Origin: Candidatus Acidiferrales bacterium | Lineage (GTDB): Bacteria > Acidobacteriota > Terriglobia > Acidiferrales > UBA7541 | Direction of reading: 5' to 3' | Assembly: GCA_030038275.1 (NCBI GenBank) | Contig: JASHPG010000221.1 | Location: 3,451-67,450 of the forward strand | Length of the DNA stretch: 64,000 nucleotides | In this document: positions 36,164 through 46,180 of the stretch, piece by piece | Position numbering within the stretch: the first letter of the stretch is position 1 | How the letters are laid out: the number at the start of each line of letters is the position of its first letter | The notes under the pieces: generated by a model | Seen by the model: only the letters and a program-made list of their open reading frames with translations | Told to the model about the DNA's origin: nothing | The model's database searches: none | Program-made: the position numbers and the translations under genes

Positions 36164-37669
36164 CTATGAGGAGTAGATCGATTTCATCGCGGGGTATATG
36201 CGACGGTAGCGCTGGTACTGCGCGCTCATCACGGCTACATGGTTCGGATCCGGCATTACGCGTTCGCTGACGCGCACGGCCGATTCACACGCGGCATCCA
36301 CGGATGGCCATAGCCCCGCGCCGACGCCGGCCAGTATCGCCGCTCCGTACGCGGCGCCTTCCTCCGCCGCGACGATTTCGACTTCGCGGCCGTAAACCTC
36401 CGACTGAATGCGGCGCCACAAAGCAGATCGCGCTCCACCGCCTCCCAGACGCACGCGTTCGATGGGTATGCCCATCGCTTCGAGGATCTGAAAAGTATCT
36501 TTCAGGCTGAAGGCGACGCCTTCCAAGACAGCTCGAATCACGTGCGCCCGCGTGTGCGAGGCCGTAAGGCCAACGAGTGCGCCGCGGACGTCCGGGTCCA
36601 GGTGCGGCGCGCGCTCTCCCATCAGGTAGGGAGCCCACAGGAGATTCCCGGAACCCGCGGGCGCTTGGGCGGCTTCTTCCGTCATGTGGTGGTAGATGTC
36701 GGAGCCGCTTTTGGCGCACCCCTGAAAAAAAGTGTCGCGCAGCCAGCGAAGGGACAATCCCGCCGCTTGCGTGACACCCATCACATGCCAGCGATTCGGA
36801 ATCGCGTGGCAGAACGTGTGCAGCCTGCCTTGCGCGTCCGTCGTGGGCCGGTCCGTGGACGCGAAGACCACACCGGAAGTGCCGATGGTTGCGCTGACCG
36901 CGCCCGGCGTTACGATGCCCATGCCTACCGCGCCCGCAGCTTGATCGCCTGCTCCGGCTACGACCAGCGTTCCCTGAGCCAAGCCGCTCGCTTCCGCTCC
37001 GTTTGAATTCACTTGGCCGCATACGGCCGGCGACTCGAACAATTCCGGCAAAATCGACCGATCAATGCCCGACGCGGCCAAAATCTCGGTGCTCCAGGCG
37101 CGGCGGCTTACATCGAGCAACAACGTTCCCGATGCATCGGCAACGTCGGTGGCAGGATGCCCCGTCAGTTTGAATCGTACATAGTCCTTTGGAAGCATCA
37201 CATGGCGAACGCGGCGCCAATTCTGTGGTTCGTTTTCTCGGGTCCAAAGGAACTTGGTCAGAGTGAAGTTGGCCAGCGCGGGGTTCGCGGCCAGGTCGAT
37301 GAGGCGCTCGCGGCCGATCTGGCTGGTGAGATCGTCGCACTGCTTTTGGGTGCGAACGTCGCACCAGATAAGCGCCGGGCGGACAACTTTGCCATCGCCA
37401 TCGACCATGACCGCGCCATGCATTTGTCCGGAGAATCCGACGCAGGAGATTTGGCCGGCACTTAATTGGGAATCGCGTAAAGCCTTGCGAATCGCGATTT
37501 GCGCGGCACGCCACCAGTCGTCCGGGTGCTGCTCGGCCCAGCCTACGTACGGCGACGCAAACGGCTGGTGATCTTCAGCGGCCGACGCGAGGATCTGGCC
37601 GCGCTCGCCGATGATCAGCGCGCGCGTCCCACCGGTACCTACATCAATTCCCATTACCGCCGCATTCAT
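36164..37669 (-). CDS. xylB: Xylulokinase (FGGY family)
   Basis: 501 aa. [45 protein letters not shown]. Confidence 0.9.
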   Translation of the reverse strand: MNAAVMGIDVGTGGTRALIIGERGQILASAAEDHQPFASPYVGWAEQHPDDWWRAAQIAIRKALRDSQLSAGQISCVGFSGQMHGAVMVDGDGKVVRPALIWCDVRTQKQCDDLTSQIGRERLIDLAANPALANFTLTKFLWTRENEPQNWRRVRHVMLPKDYVRFKLTGHPATDVADASGTLLLDVSRRAWSTEILAASGIDRSILPELFESPAVCGQVNSNGAEASGLAQGTLVVAGAGDQAAGAVGMGIVTPGAVSATIGTSGVVFASTDRPTTDAQGRLHTFCHAIPNRWHVMGVTQAAGLSLRWLRDTFFQGCAKSGSDIYHHMTEEAAQAPAGSGNLLWAPYLMGERAPHLDPDVRGALVGLTASHTRAHVIRAVLEGVAFSLKDTFQILEAMGIPIERVRLGGGGARSALWRRIQSEVYGREVEIVAAEEGAAYGAAILAGVGAGLWPSVDAACESAVRVSERVMPDPNHVAVMSAQYQRYRRIYPAMKSIYSS

Positions 37670-37675
37670 AAACTG

Positions 37676-38938
37676 TTACTCCCGTTGCCGGGCCAACGCG
37701 TCCAAACCTACCGCCAGAACCAAAATTCCGCCCTTAACGATGCTCTGAACGAAATCCGGAACATCCTTGAGCGACATCCCGTTATCGAGGCTGGCCATAA
37801 ACAAAGCGCCCAAGCACGATCCCCATACGGTTCCTCGTCCGCCCAGCAAACTTGCGCCGCCGATCACGCAGGCAGCGATGGCGTCCAATTCAAGGAGGGT
37901 GCCGGCTTCCGGTCCGGCGCTGCCAACGCGCGCCGTGTAAACGCAACCGGCAATTCCAGAAAGAAGACCGAGAATGCAGAAGGCCCAAAGGACCTGCCGA
38001 CGCACATTGACGCCCGAATACTTGGCGGCTTCGGGATTTCCTCCAACGGCATAGAGCCGCCGGCCGAAGGTGGTATGCGACATCAAAAATGCGCCGGCCA
38101 AGGCGATCGCCGCGAGAATCAAGACTGGGACCGGAATGCCCGCATAGGCATTGAGCATCAGCACGAATCCGATGACGACGACCGCGGGAACGGCGACGCG
38201 AATGATGGCGCCTGCGGGACTCCATAGCTCGATTTCGAGCCGGCGCTGCACCATGCGGCGACGCAGCACGTACCAGATGATTGCGGCCAATGCCGCGAGC
38301 ATCAGCACGATGCCGATCGCGGGGCTGGTATAGGACTGGCCCAAGGACATGAATGATGGAGACTCGATTGGGTACGTATTCCCTCCGCTGATTCCTTGCG
38401 CCGCTCCGCGCCACGCGAGCAAGCCGCCGAGCGTAACGATGAAAGAGGGAATTCTTGCGTATGCCGTGAGGTATCCCTGCAACGCGCCGACCGCGAGCCC
38501 GACGCCTAGGCCCACCAGCACCGATGAAAGAAAACCGGCGTGGGCGACCGTTTGCATCATCACAGCCGCCATTCCAGAGAGGCCAATCAGCGATCCAACG
38601 GACAAATCAATTTCCGCGGCGACGATGACCATCACCATGCCGACGGAGAGAATGCCGGTGACCGCCGTCTGCCGCATCAGATTGGAAAAATTGCGCGGCT
38701 CAAGAAAAATCCCATCCGTGGCAAAGGCAAAGGCGATCCACACAATGGCGATCGCCGCTACCAAGCTATAGGAACGAATCGCGGAGACGGACAGGAACTT
38801 ACGCGGCGCTTTTTTGACGGGAAGAGCGGTTTGGGGCGGAGCGCCGGCTTGCGCGGCGCCTGCTTGATTACTCACTTTGATTACTCGCTGGCATTGCGAT
38901 GCGCCATCAAGCGGCCGTGGCGGTTCCTCCGATAGCAC
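37676..38938 (-). CDS. xylH: Xylose ABC transporter permease
   Basis: Multi-pass AraH/XylH-type permease (IDLSVGS..., GGTSLLGG-like GGASLLGGRGT). The longest ORF overlaps xylG by 32 nt. An in-frame GTG at 38875 would avoid the overlap. Confidence 0.85.
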   Translation of the reverse strand: MLSEEPPRPLDGASQCQRVIKVSNQAGAAQAGAPPQTALPVKKAPRKFLSVSAIRSYSLVAAIAIVWIAFAFATDGIFLEPRNFSNLMRQTAVTGILSVGMVMVIVAAEIDLSVGSLIGLSGMAAVMMQTVAHAGFLSSVLVGLGVGLAVGALQGYLTAYARIPSFIVTLGGLLAWRGAAQGISGGNTYPIESPSFMSLGQSYTSPAIGIVLMLAALAAIIWYVLRRRMVQRRLEIELWSPAGAIIRVAVPAVVVIGFVLMLNAYAGIPVPVLILAAIALAGAFLMSHTTFGRRLYAVGGNPEAAKYSGVNVRRQVLWAFCILGLLSGIAGCVYTARVGSAGPEAGTLLELDAIAACVIGGASLLGGRGTVWGSCLGALFMASLDNGMSLKDVPDFVQSIVKGGILVLAVGLDALARQRE

Positions 38939-40433
38939 AGGCCATGACCGCCTCGGGCGTGGCCCGATCTCGCGAAAATTCTCCGGCGATGCGTCCTTGG
39001 CGCAGGACGAGGATTCGATCGCTAAGCCCCAAGACTTCGGGCAATTCGGACGAGACCATCAGGATGGCGACTCCGGACTGCGCCAAGCGGTCAATCAGCT
39101 GATAAATTTCGGCCTTGGCGCCGACATCGATGCCGCGAGTCGGCTCGTCGAAAAATAATACTTTCGCGTCATTTAGCAACCATTTCGCCAGCACGACTTT
39201 TTGCTGCGTTCCTCCGGAAAGTGTCCTTGCAATCGAAAATAGCGAGGGCGCCTTGATGCGAAGGCTTTCGAAAAGAGGTTTGCCGGCGTGTATCTCCCGC
39301 GCCTGATCTGTTACAAACGCGCCTGACACACGCTGGAGCGCAACGAGCGTCATATTTGTGAGGACGGTTTCATCCAGGACCAAGCCCGAACGCTTCCGGT
39401 CTTCGGTTACAAGGCCGATGCCGTGAGCGATTGCATCGGCAGGATTGCGAATCTTCACCAGCTGCCCATCGAGCAGGACTTCGCCGGTGAATCCGGCAGG
39501 CGAGGCGCCGAACAGCGCCGTCAACAGCTCCGTGCGCCCAGCGCCCATCAATCCGGCGATTCCCAGCACTTCTCCTTTGCGAATCGCGAAGCTGACGTCG
39601 TCAACCAGCAGACGTTCGCGCCGCGCGGGATCCGGCACACTGATGTGCCGCGCTTCAAACGCGACATCACCCACGGTGCGATTCGTGCGGGGGAAAAGTT
39701 GCGAAACTTCGCGGCCCACCATCCGCACGATTAGCTGCTGCTCGGTAAGCCGCGCGACGGGAGCGGTATCGACCGTTTTGCCGTCGCGAAGGACGGTGAT
39801 GCGATCGCTGATTTCTAGAACCTCTTGTAAACGATGAGAGATGTAAATGATGCCGATGCCACGCCGGCGCAGGCCGCTCAATACGGCGAATAAGTGCTTA
39901 CTTTCCGCGTCCGTGAGGGCGGCAGTCGGCTCGTCCAGCACTAAAATGCGCGCATCGTGCGAGAGCGCTTTGGCGATTTCGACCATTTGCTGGCGGCCCG
40001 TTCCGAGGCTGCCGACGCGCGCGCGCGGATTGATATCAACGCCGAGTTCGCGAAGAAAAGACGCTGCTTGAGCGTACAGGCGGTCCCAATCGACGATTCC
40101 AAGACGGCTTGGCTCGCGCCCTAAAAAGATGTTTTCGCCGACGGTAAGCTCGCGCACGAGCGAAAGCTCCTGGAAGACGACTGCCACTCCGGCGCGTTCC
40201 GCATCGCGCACGCCATTAAACTGCCGGGACTTTCCATCGATCCGAATCTCGCCGCCCCGTTCGGGGTAAACGCCGCCTAGAATTTTCATCAGCGTCGATT
40301 TGCCGGCGCCATTTTCTCCAACCAGAGCGTGAATCTCGCCTGGAAACAGGTCAAAAGTCACACCGTCGAGCGCACGAACGCCTGGAAAGATCTTGGTTAT
40401 GTCGCGCATTTCGAGAATCGGTTCACTTTGCAA
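38907..40433 (-). CDS. xylG: Xylose/sugar ABC transporter ATPase with duplicated ABC domains
   Basis: Walker A GENGAGKST and GLMGAGRTE. Signatures LGTGRQQMVEIA and LSGGTQQKVVLA. Confidence 0.9.
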   Translation of the reverse strand: MQSEPILEMRDITKIFPGVRALDGVTFDLFPGEIHALVGENGAGKSTLMKILGGVYPERGGEIRIDGKSRQFNGVRDAERAGVAVVFQELSLVRELTVGENIFLGREPSRLGIVDWDRLYAQAASFLRELGVDINPRARVGSLGTGRQQMVEIAKALSHDARILVLDEPTAALTDAESKHLFAVLSGLRRRGIGIIYISHRLQEVLEISDRITVLRDGKTVDTAPVARLTEQQLIVRMVGREVSQLFPRTNRTVGDVAFEARHISVPDPARRERLLVDDVSFAIRKGEVLGIAGLMGAGRTELLTALFGASPAGFTGEVLLDGQLVKIRNPADAIAHGIGLVTEDRKRSGLVLDETVLTNMTLVALQRVSGAFVTDQAREIHAGKPLFESLRIKAPSLFSIARTLSGGTQQKVVLAKWLLNDAKVLFFDEPTRGIDVGAKAEIYQLIDRLAQSGVAILMVSSELPEVLGLSDRILVLRQGRIAGEFSRDRATPEAVMACAIGGTATAA

Positions 40434-40466
40434 AGCGCAAGTTCTCCCTCAACTCCCTCAAACCTG

Positions 40467-41525
40467 CTACTGAACCGCTTTGGGCCACTGACTTCGCGGG
40501 AGATCGTGGTAAACGTCGGCGGAGCGAAGGAAACCATCTTTGATGACGGTTTGAGCCAAATTCGATTTGTCCACCACAATCGGCTCGAGCAAATACGAGG
40601 GCACGTTCTTGAAACCATTGTTCACGGTGGCGTTGGGCTGCACCGGCTGGTGCTTCGCGAGTTCGACAGCGATTTCCGCCGCGCGCGTGGCAAGCAGGCG
40701 GATCGGCTTGTACACGGTCATTGCTTGGGTTCCGTCGGCGATGCGCTGGCAGGCGGCCAGATCCGCGTCCTGCCCGGAAACGAGCACTTTGCCCGCAAGC
40801 TTCTGCTCCGCGAGCGCCTGCACGACGCCTCCGGCGGTACTGTCGTTTGACGCAACGACGGCAACGACGTTGTTGTGATTTTGGGTGAGCGCATTTTCGG
40901 TGTGAGCCAGCGCCGCACTGGGCAGCCAGTCCTTCGACCACTGATCGGCCACGATTTTTATATCGCCGCGGTCGATCGCCGGCTGCAAGACCTTCATTTG
41001 GCCCTGGCGCAGCAATTGAGCGTTGTTGTCCGTAGGCGATCCTCCGATCAGGACGTAGTTTCCCTTGGGCGCGCGATCGAGCAGGTACTTTGCTTGCAAT
41101 TCGCCGACGCGCACATTGTCGAACGAAATGTAGAAATCGACGTCGCTGTTGCGGATCAGGCGGTCGTAGGAAAGCACGGGCACGTGCTGACGTTTGGCGC
41201 TATTGACGATCGACGCGGCGATGTCGCCATTGTGCGGCACCACAACGAGCACATCCACGCCATCGGTTAAAAGATCTTCGGATTGCTGTACTTGCGTTGC
41301 GTCGTTGCCGTCGGCCGATTGAACCAGCACGCCGGCACCGAGCTGTTTAGCCTCGGCAACGAAAGCATCGCGATCGTGCTGCCATCGCTCAAGCTGCAGA
41401 GAATCCATCGAGAAGCCGATGAGAATCCGCTTATGGCCTTTCTTGAGGCTGCTTTTCCCGCAGCCCGCGGCAGCGAGGCATGCGGCCAGGACAGCGGCGC
41501 CGAGCGCTCTCGCCGTTGACCTCAT
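40467..41525 (-). CDS. xylF: D-xylose-binding periplasmic lipoprotein
   Basis: Start set at ATG 41525, giving the lipoprotein signal MRSTARALGAAVLAACLAAAGC. ILIGFSMDSLQLERWQHDRDAF, VLSYDRLI and DFYISFDNVRVGELQAKYL are as in XylF. Confidence 0.88.
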   Translation of the reverse strand: MRSTARALGAAVLAACLAAAGCGKSSLKKGHKRILIGFSMDSLQLERWQHDRDAFVAEAKQLGAGVLVQSADGNDATQVQQSEDLLTDGVDVLVVVPHNGDIAASIVNSAKRQHVPVLSYDRLIRNSDVDFYISFDNVRVGELQAKYLLDRAPKGNYVLIGGSPTDNNAQLLRQGQMKVLQPAIDRGDIKIVADQWSKDWLPSAALAHTENALTQNHNNVVAVVASNDSTAGGVVQALAEQKLAGKVLVSGQDADLAACQRIADGTQAMTVYKPIRLLATRAAEIAVELAKHQPVQPNATVNNGFKNVPSYLLEPIVVDKSNLAQTVIKDGFLRSADVYHDLPRSQWPKAVQ

Positions 41526-41643
41526 CGATTGTCCCTGGGGCAGTTCATTCACGACCACAAAATTGGCGGACAGTAGGCAATTTTGAATTCTGGCTGCTTA
41601 CGTCACGATCATGAAAATTCACTGATCCGCCGCACAAAATTGC

Positions 41644-41659
41644 TTAACGTGTACGTTAA
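41644..41659. promoter_or_regulatory. 16-bp palindrome (possible operator) in the divergent xylF / GH3 control region
   Basis: TTAACGT-gt-ACGTTAA, with 7-bp perfect arms, 47 nt upstream of GH3 ATG 41706. A second inverted repeat AAAATTG-n12-CAATTTT lies at 41559-41584. Confidence 0.3.
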
Positions 41660-41705
41660 CGGCGGTGGTAGAGTACCACGCGAAATTCAGATTGCAATCG
41701 CAGAC

Positions 41706-44087
41706 ATGGCCAGGAGGCGCGGCTTGAGACGTCAATTTCGATATGACGAAGGCGCTTGGCGGCTGGCGCCGCTCGTGCTCGCCTGCACTGCTTTTTGCTT
41801 TTACGCGGACGCGCAAGCCACGCCTCCTTACCGGAATCCCAAATTGCCCGTGGAGCAGCGCGTGGCCGATTTGATGTCGCGCATGACGCTGCAGGAAAAA
41901 ATCGCGCAACTGGTGGGGACATGGCAATCGGGCCTGCCGACAGGGTCGCCCGGACGATTCGAAGACAGCAACGGGAATTTCGATCCGGCGCTCGCAGCCG
42001 TGGCGCTGAAGAACGGCATCGGCGAAATAACGCGGCCGAGCGCGAATCGGGGTCCGCGGCAGGAAGCGGAATTCACGAACCAGGTGCAGAAATGGCTGCG
42101 GGAACATACGCGCCTGGGAATTCCAGTGATTTTTCACGAGGAATGCCTTCACGGCGACGTGGCTCCCGGCGGGACTTCGTATCCGCAGGCGATCGCGCTG
42201 GCGTCCACGTGGGACCCGGCGCTGGTGAAGGACGTGTTTACGGCGACGGCGGCGGAGGCGCGCGCGCGTGGCGCGGAACAATGTTTGGCGCCGGTGCTCG
42301 ATCTGGCGCGCGATCCACGCTGGGGACGAACGGAAGAAACTTACGGCGAAGATCCGTATCTCGCGTCGCGCATCGGCGTGGCCGCAGTCGAGGGGTTTCA
42401 AGGCACCGGGCCTTTTATCGACAAAGAGCACGTGATCGCTACCGCGAAACATTTCGCCGTTCACAGCCAGCCCGAGGGCGGAACGAACGTCGGGCCGGCG
42501 GATTATTCGGAGCGCACCGTCCGGGAGTATTTCTTCAAGCCGTTCAAGGCAGCGGTACAGGAGGCGGGCGTCGATTCGGTGATGGCTTCTTACAACGAAA
42601 TTGACGGGATCCCGTCGCACAGCAACACGGAGCTTCTTACGGGCGTGCTGCGCCAGAGATGGGGATTCCGCGGAGTGGTCGTGTCCGATTATTTCGGCAT
42701 CACGCAACTGCGAACCATCCACCACGTGGTTGCCACGGACGCCGAGGCAGCGAAAATGGCGCTTGAAGCAGGCGTTGACATGGAACTTCCGTCCGAGGAC
42801 GCGTTCAATCATTTGCAGGACTTGGTGAATAGCGGGCAGGTGTCTGAGGTTTACATCGACCGCGCCGTGGCGCGCGTACTGCGGATGAAGTTTCTGGCGG
42901 GGGTTTTCGACGATCCGTACGTCGATCCGAACTACGCCGTGAAAATCACCGGCGACTCAGCGCACCGCGCACTGGCGTTGAAAGCGGCGCACGAAGCGCT
43001 GACACTTTTGAAAAACGACGGCAACTTACTCCCACTCGATATTTCCAAATACAAGCGCATTGCGGTGATCGGGCCCAATGCCGCCGACGCGCACCTGGGC
43101 GAATACAGCGGCGAGCCGACGCAAAGCGTCAGCATACTTCAGGGAATTAAGGACAAAGCCGGATCGCGCGCTGAGGTTCTGTATTCGCTGGGTTGTAAAA
43201 TCACAGAAACGCCCGCGGTCTGGGACGCCAACAAAGTGGTTCTCGGCGATCCGAAGCTCAATGCGCAGAGAATTCAGCAGGCGGTGGCGGTAGCGAACAG
43301 GGCCGACGTCATTATTTTGGCGCTGGGCGGCAACGAGCAGACGTCGCGGGAAGCATGGGCGCCAAATCATTTGGGCGATCGCGAGAGTCTGAATCTGCTG
43401 GGCAACCAGGATGATCTCGTCCGCGCAATGCTGGCGACCGGAAAGCCGGTGGTGGTGGTGATGATTCATGGCCGTCCGCTAGCGATAAATTACGTAGCGG
43501 AACATGTGCCGGCGATCCTCGATGGCTGGTATGTGGGGCAAGAAGGCGGGACGGCTGTAGCGGACGTGCTGTTCGGCGATTACAATCCCGGCGGCCATCT
43601 GCCAATTACGGTTCCGCGTTCCGTGGGCCAATTGCCGGACTACTACTACCAAAAACCATCCGCCAAACGCGGTTTCGTGGATGGCCCCGTCACGCCGCTT
43701 TTCCCGTTCGGCTGGGGACTGAGCTACTCGACTTTCAAATATTCCAATCTTCGCCTGGAACCCGCCACGATTGGCACGCAGGGCGAGACTAGCGTTTCCG
43801 TCGATATCACGAATACGAGCGCCATTCGCGGTGACGAGGTGGTGCAGCTCTACATTCGCGACGAGGTTAGCTCGGTCACGCGTCCGGTGGAGGAATTGCG
43901 CGGATTCCAGCGCGTTACGCTCGACCCGGGCGAAACGAAAACCGTCCATTTCAAGCTTGGCTTCCCGGAACTTTCTTTTTTGAATCGCGAGATGCGCTGG
44001 GCTGTTGAACCGGGCACTTTCAAGATAATGGCCGGCAGTAATTCCGCCGATTTGATTTCAACCGAATTGAACGTCGTAGCTCGCTGA
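41706..44087 (+). CDS. GH3 exo-glycosidase (beta-glucosidase/beta-xylosidase type) with a Fn3-like C-terminal domain
   Basis: Start set at ATG 41706 (signal-like MARRRGLRR...CFYADAQA). GIPVIFHEECLHG, KHFAVHSQPEGG, GVVVSDYFG (candidate nucleophile Asp), C-terminal FGWGLSYSTF. Confidence 0.9.
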   Translation: MARRRGLRRQFRYDEGAWRLAPLVLACTAFCFYADAQATPPYRNPKLPVEQRVADLMSRMTLQEKIAQLVGTWQSGLPTGSPGRFEDSNGNFDPALAAVALKNGIGEITRPSANRGPRQEAEFTNQVQKWLREHTRLGIPVIFHEECLHGDVAPGGTSYPQAIALASTWDPALVKDVFTATAAEARARGAEQCLAPVLDLARDPRWGRTEETYGEDPYLASRIGVAAVEGFQGTGPFIDKEHVIATAKHFAVHSQPEGGTNVGPADYSERTVREYFFKPFKAAVQEAGVDSVMASYNEIDGIPSHSNTELLTGVLRQRWGFRGVVVSDYFGITQLRTIHHVVATDAEAAKMALEAGVDMELPSEDAFNHLQDLVNSGQVSEVYIDRAVARVLRMKFLAGVFDDPYVDPNYAVKITGDSAHRALALKAAHEALTLLKNDGNLLPLDISKYKRIAVIGPNAADAHLGEYSGEPTQSVSILQGIKDKAGSRAEVLYSLGCKITETPAVWDANKVVLGDPKLNAQRIQQAVAVANRADVIILALGGNEQTSREAWAPNHLGDRESLNLLGNQDDLVRAMLATGKPVVVVMIHGRPLAINYVAEHVPAILDGWYVGQEGGTAVADVLFGDYNPGGHLPITVPRSVGQLPDYYYQKPSAKRGFVDGPVTPLFPFGWGLSYSTFKYSNLRLEPATIGTQGETSVSVDITNTSAIRGDEVVQLYIRDEVSSVTRPVEELRGFQRVTLDPGETKTVHFKLGFPELSFLNREMRWAVEPGTFKIMAGSNSADLISTELNVVAR

Positions 44088-45459
44088 CATCGAATTCAGC
44101 AGCGAAGACATACGCGGGCAGATCGCCAAAGGTGACAGCGATTTTCTGGTTCGTTTTTCCGGATTCCTTGAAGAGCGAGAGAGGAACAGCGTCCCCCATT
44201 GCCGCGTAACCCGCGGGCGACGGGTGCAAATGATCGCCCGAGTCGTAGTTCGGAAGCAGCCGATGAGGATGCAACGGATCGCGCATGATTCGATCGAAGT
44301 CGATCACTGCGTCGAAGTGGCCCGGAGCGCGGATCCATTCGTTCACGGCTTCGCGGTCAGCTTCCGCCGCCGCGCCCGGATGATAATAAGCCGAGCCAAA
44401 GAAGGGCATAATCGTCACGCCGATCGCTTTGATGTGGTGCGCATGGGCGCGAACGATCATCTGCTTGTATGCGGCAATTATTTGATGAACGAGCGCGTCA
44501 TGCTCTGACTTGGGTACATTGTTTTCGCGATTGAGCATGCCGATATCGTTGACGCCCTCCAGCACGATCAAAAACCGCACTCCGGGCTGCGCGATCACAT
44601 CCGTATTGAAACGGGCGAGCGCGTTCGGTCCCAAGCCATCAGTAAGCAGGCGATTTCCTCCGATGCCCTGATTGAGGACTGCTACCCCCTTCGTGTCTGG
44701 CTGACTTTGCAAGCGCTTGGCCAGCACGTCTGTCCAGCGATCGTTGCCATTGGTGGTGGAGGCGTGGCCGTCTGTGATTGAATCGCCGAGCACGGCTATT
44801 GCTCGTGCCGCCGGCGCAGCGGCGACGTCGATTCCTTCGATGAAATACCAACGATCGATTGTTTTCGCGCCTGGCAGATCGAGCGCCGACACCACGTCTC
44901 CATGGCCGACGTACGAAGTGGCACGCGAGCCTGGATGACCTGTCTCGCCATCCGGCGATGCTTCGATGTGCAGGGTAATGGCTACGTTCGAGAGGGCCTT
45001 GGCGGGAAACGATAGCGGATCGGAAACGTAGTCCGCGTGCGCGGGGATCGTCACGTTTTGTAAACCAGAGAACGTGACGGGCTGGTCCGTCCCAGGTTCG
45101 AGCTTGTCCGAATCGGCTGAAACGGGGCGCGCAACGTGCGCCGCGAGCACGTGCAGCGGCGTTGCTCCGAAGCGGTTCGAAAGCCGAAGGCGGATCTCCG
45201 TTCCGCCGATTGACAAGTGTACGATCTGGCGAAGAACGGCATCGCGAAGCTCGTCCGGGCTCAGTGCGTTGGCCGGTTCAACGAGTTGTTGAGACGCAGC
45301 CCACGAGCCGACCCATCTCGTTGATCTGTCGCTAGCCACGCTACTCGCAACCGCCGGCAGCAACACAAATACAAACAAAAGCGCGAATATAATCCGAAGC
45401 CTGTGCAGCGAACATGCGGCGGCAGGCGTCGCCGTGCATTGCTTACGGTGACGCTTCAT
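44020..45459 (-). CDS. Secreted SGNH/GDSL hydrolase (esterase) with an N-terminal beta-sandwich region
   Basis: SGNH blocks: VLGDSITDG (Ser), GIGGNRLL (Gly), EGVNDIG (Asn), DSGDHLHPS (Asp-x-x-His). Start chosen at ATG 45459 (MKRHRKQ...) but two more in-frame ATGs lie just upstream. The 3' end overlaps GH3 by 68 nt. Confidence 0.8.
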   Translation of the reverse strand: MKRHRKQCTATPAAACSLHRLRIIFALLFVFVLLPAVASSVASDRSTRWVGSWAASQQLVEPANALSPDELRDAVLRQIVHLSIGGTEIRLRLSNRFGATPLHVLAAHVARPVSADSDKLEPGTDQPVTFSGLQNVTIPAHADYVSDPLSFPAKALSNVAITLHIEASPDGETGHPGSRATSYVGHGDVVSALDLPGAKTIDRWYFIEGIDVAAAPAARAIAVLGDSITDGHASTTNGNDRWTDVLAKRLQSQPDTKGVAVLNQGIGGNRLLTDGLGPNALARFNTDVIAQPGVRFLIVLEGVNDIGMLNRENNVPKSEHDALVHQIIAAYKQMIVRAHAHHIKAIGVTIMPFFGSAYYHPGAAAEADREAVNEWIRAPGHFDAVIDFDRIMRDPLHPHRLLPNYDSGDHLHPSPAGYAAMGDAVPLSLFKESGKTNQKIAVTFGDLPAYVFAAEFDVSELRRSIRLKSNRRNYCRPLS

Positions 45460-45713
45460 GAAATTCATTGGCATTCTGGCGCTCGGTGGGCTTGACGCCC
45501 TTGCGGCATTATTCCCAAAATTCACGCCTTAAGAAACATGAATCCACGAAGCCATGCCAGCGAACTCTGGACCCGGCCGCTTTCACGAACCTTGTTGAAG
45601 TTTCAGGCGTTGGCGGATAGGATTTCACAGCCAATGAAAATCCTGGCTACGATCCATGAAGCGCTGATGGCGGCGCCGTCTCTCACGAAGAAGACGCGCC
45701 CGAGGAGATTGCG

Positions 45714-46172
45714 ATGAAGAAAATGTACACAGCTGTGATTGCGGTGGCCGCCGCGCTGCTGCTCGTGAGCGCCGCGCACGCCCAGGTATCGCTGAACGCG
45801 GCGCGAATCGGAGCGCAGGATCAGGAGGCGCTGGCGAAGTTTTACGAGGCCGCGTTTGGGATGCAGGAGGTAAACCGCATTGGCGCTCCCGGAGGAGCCG
45901 AGATTTTTTTGAATTTCGGCGCCACCGTGGAAGAAGCGAAGGCCAATAAGAGTGTGCCGATCGTGATCATGCACCGCGCGTCCAATGATTTGAAGGATCC
46001 GGTTCCGCACCTAGTCCTCACGGTGAAGGACATGGCGAAGACGGTTGCCGCGATCAAGGCGGCGGGAGGTTCAATGGCAGGCGAACCTCGCGCATTCGGA
46101 AATACTGGCATCATGATCGGCATCGCCGTCGATCCGGCGGGTAACAGGCTGGAGATGATTCAGCGCCCGTAA
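45714..46172 (+). CDS. Exported VOC (glyoxalase/bleomycin-resistance fold) family protein
   Basis: 152 aa. GAGGAG lies upstream. Signal peptide MKKMYTAVIAVAAALLLVSAAHA. Motifs FYEAAFGM and VDPAGNRLEMIQ. Confidence 0.8.
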   Translation: MKKMYTAVIAVAAALLLVSAAHAQVSLNAARIGAQDQEALAKFYEAAFGMQEVNRIGAPGGAEIFLNFGATVEEAKANKSVPIVIMHRASNDLKDPVPHLVLTVKDMAKTVAAIKAAGGSMAGEPRAFGNTGIMIGIAVDPAGNRLEMIQRP

Positions 46173-46180
46173 CTTAGGTC

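Noticed and set aside
34368-36176. 602-aa plus-strand ORF
   Set aside because: Its first third reads through repeat copy B and the rest is antisense to the strongly supported xylA. No domain motifs.
41619-42812. 397-aa minus-strand ORF
   Set aside because: It lies antisense to the GH3 gene and has Arg-rich, shadow-ORF composition.
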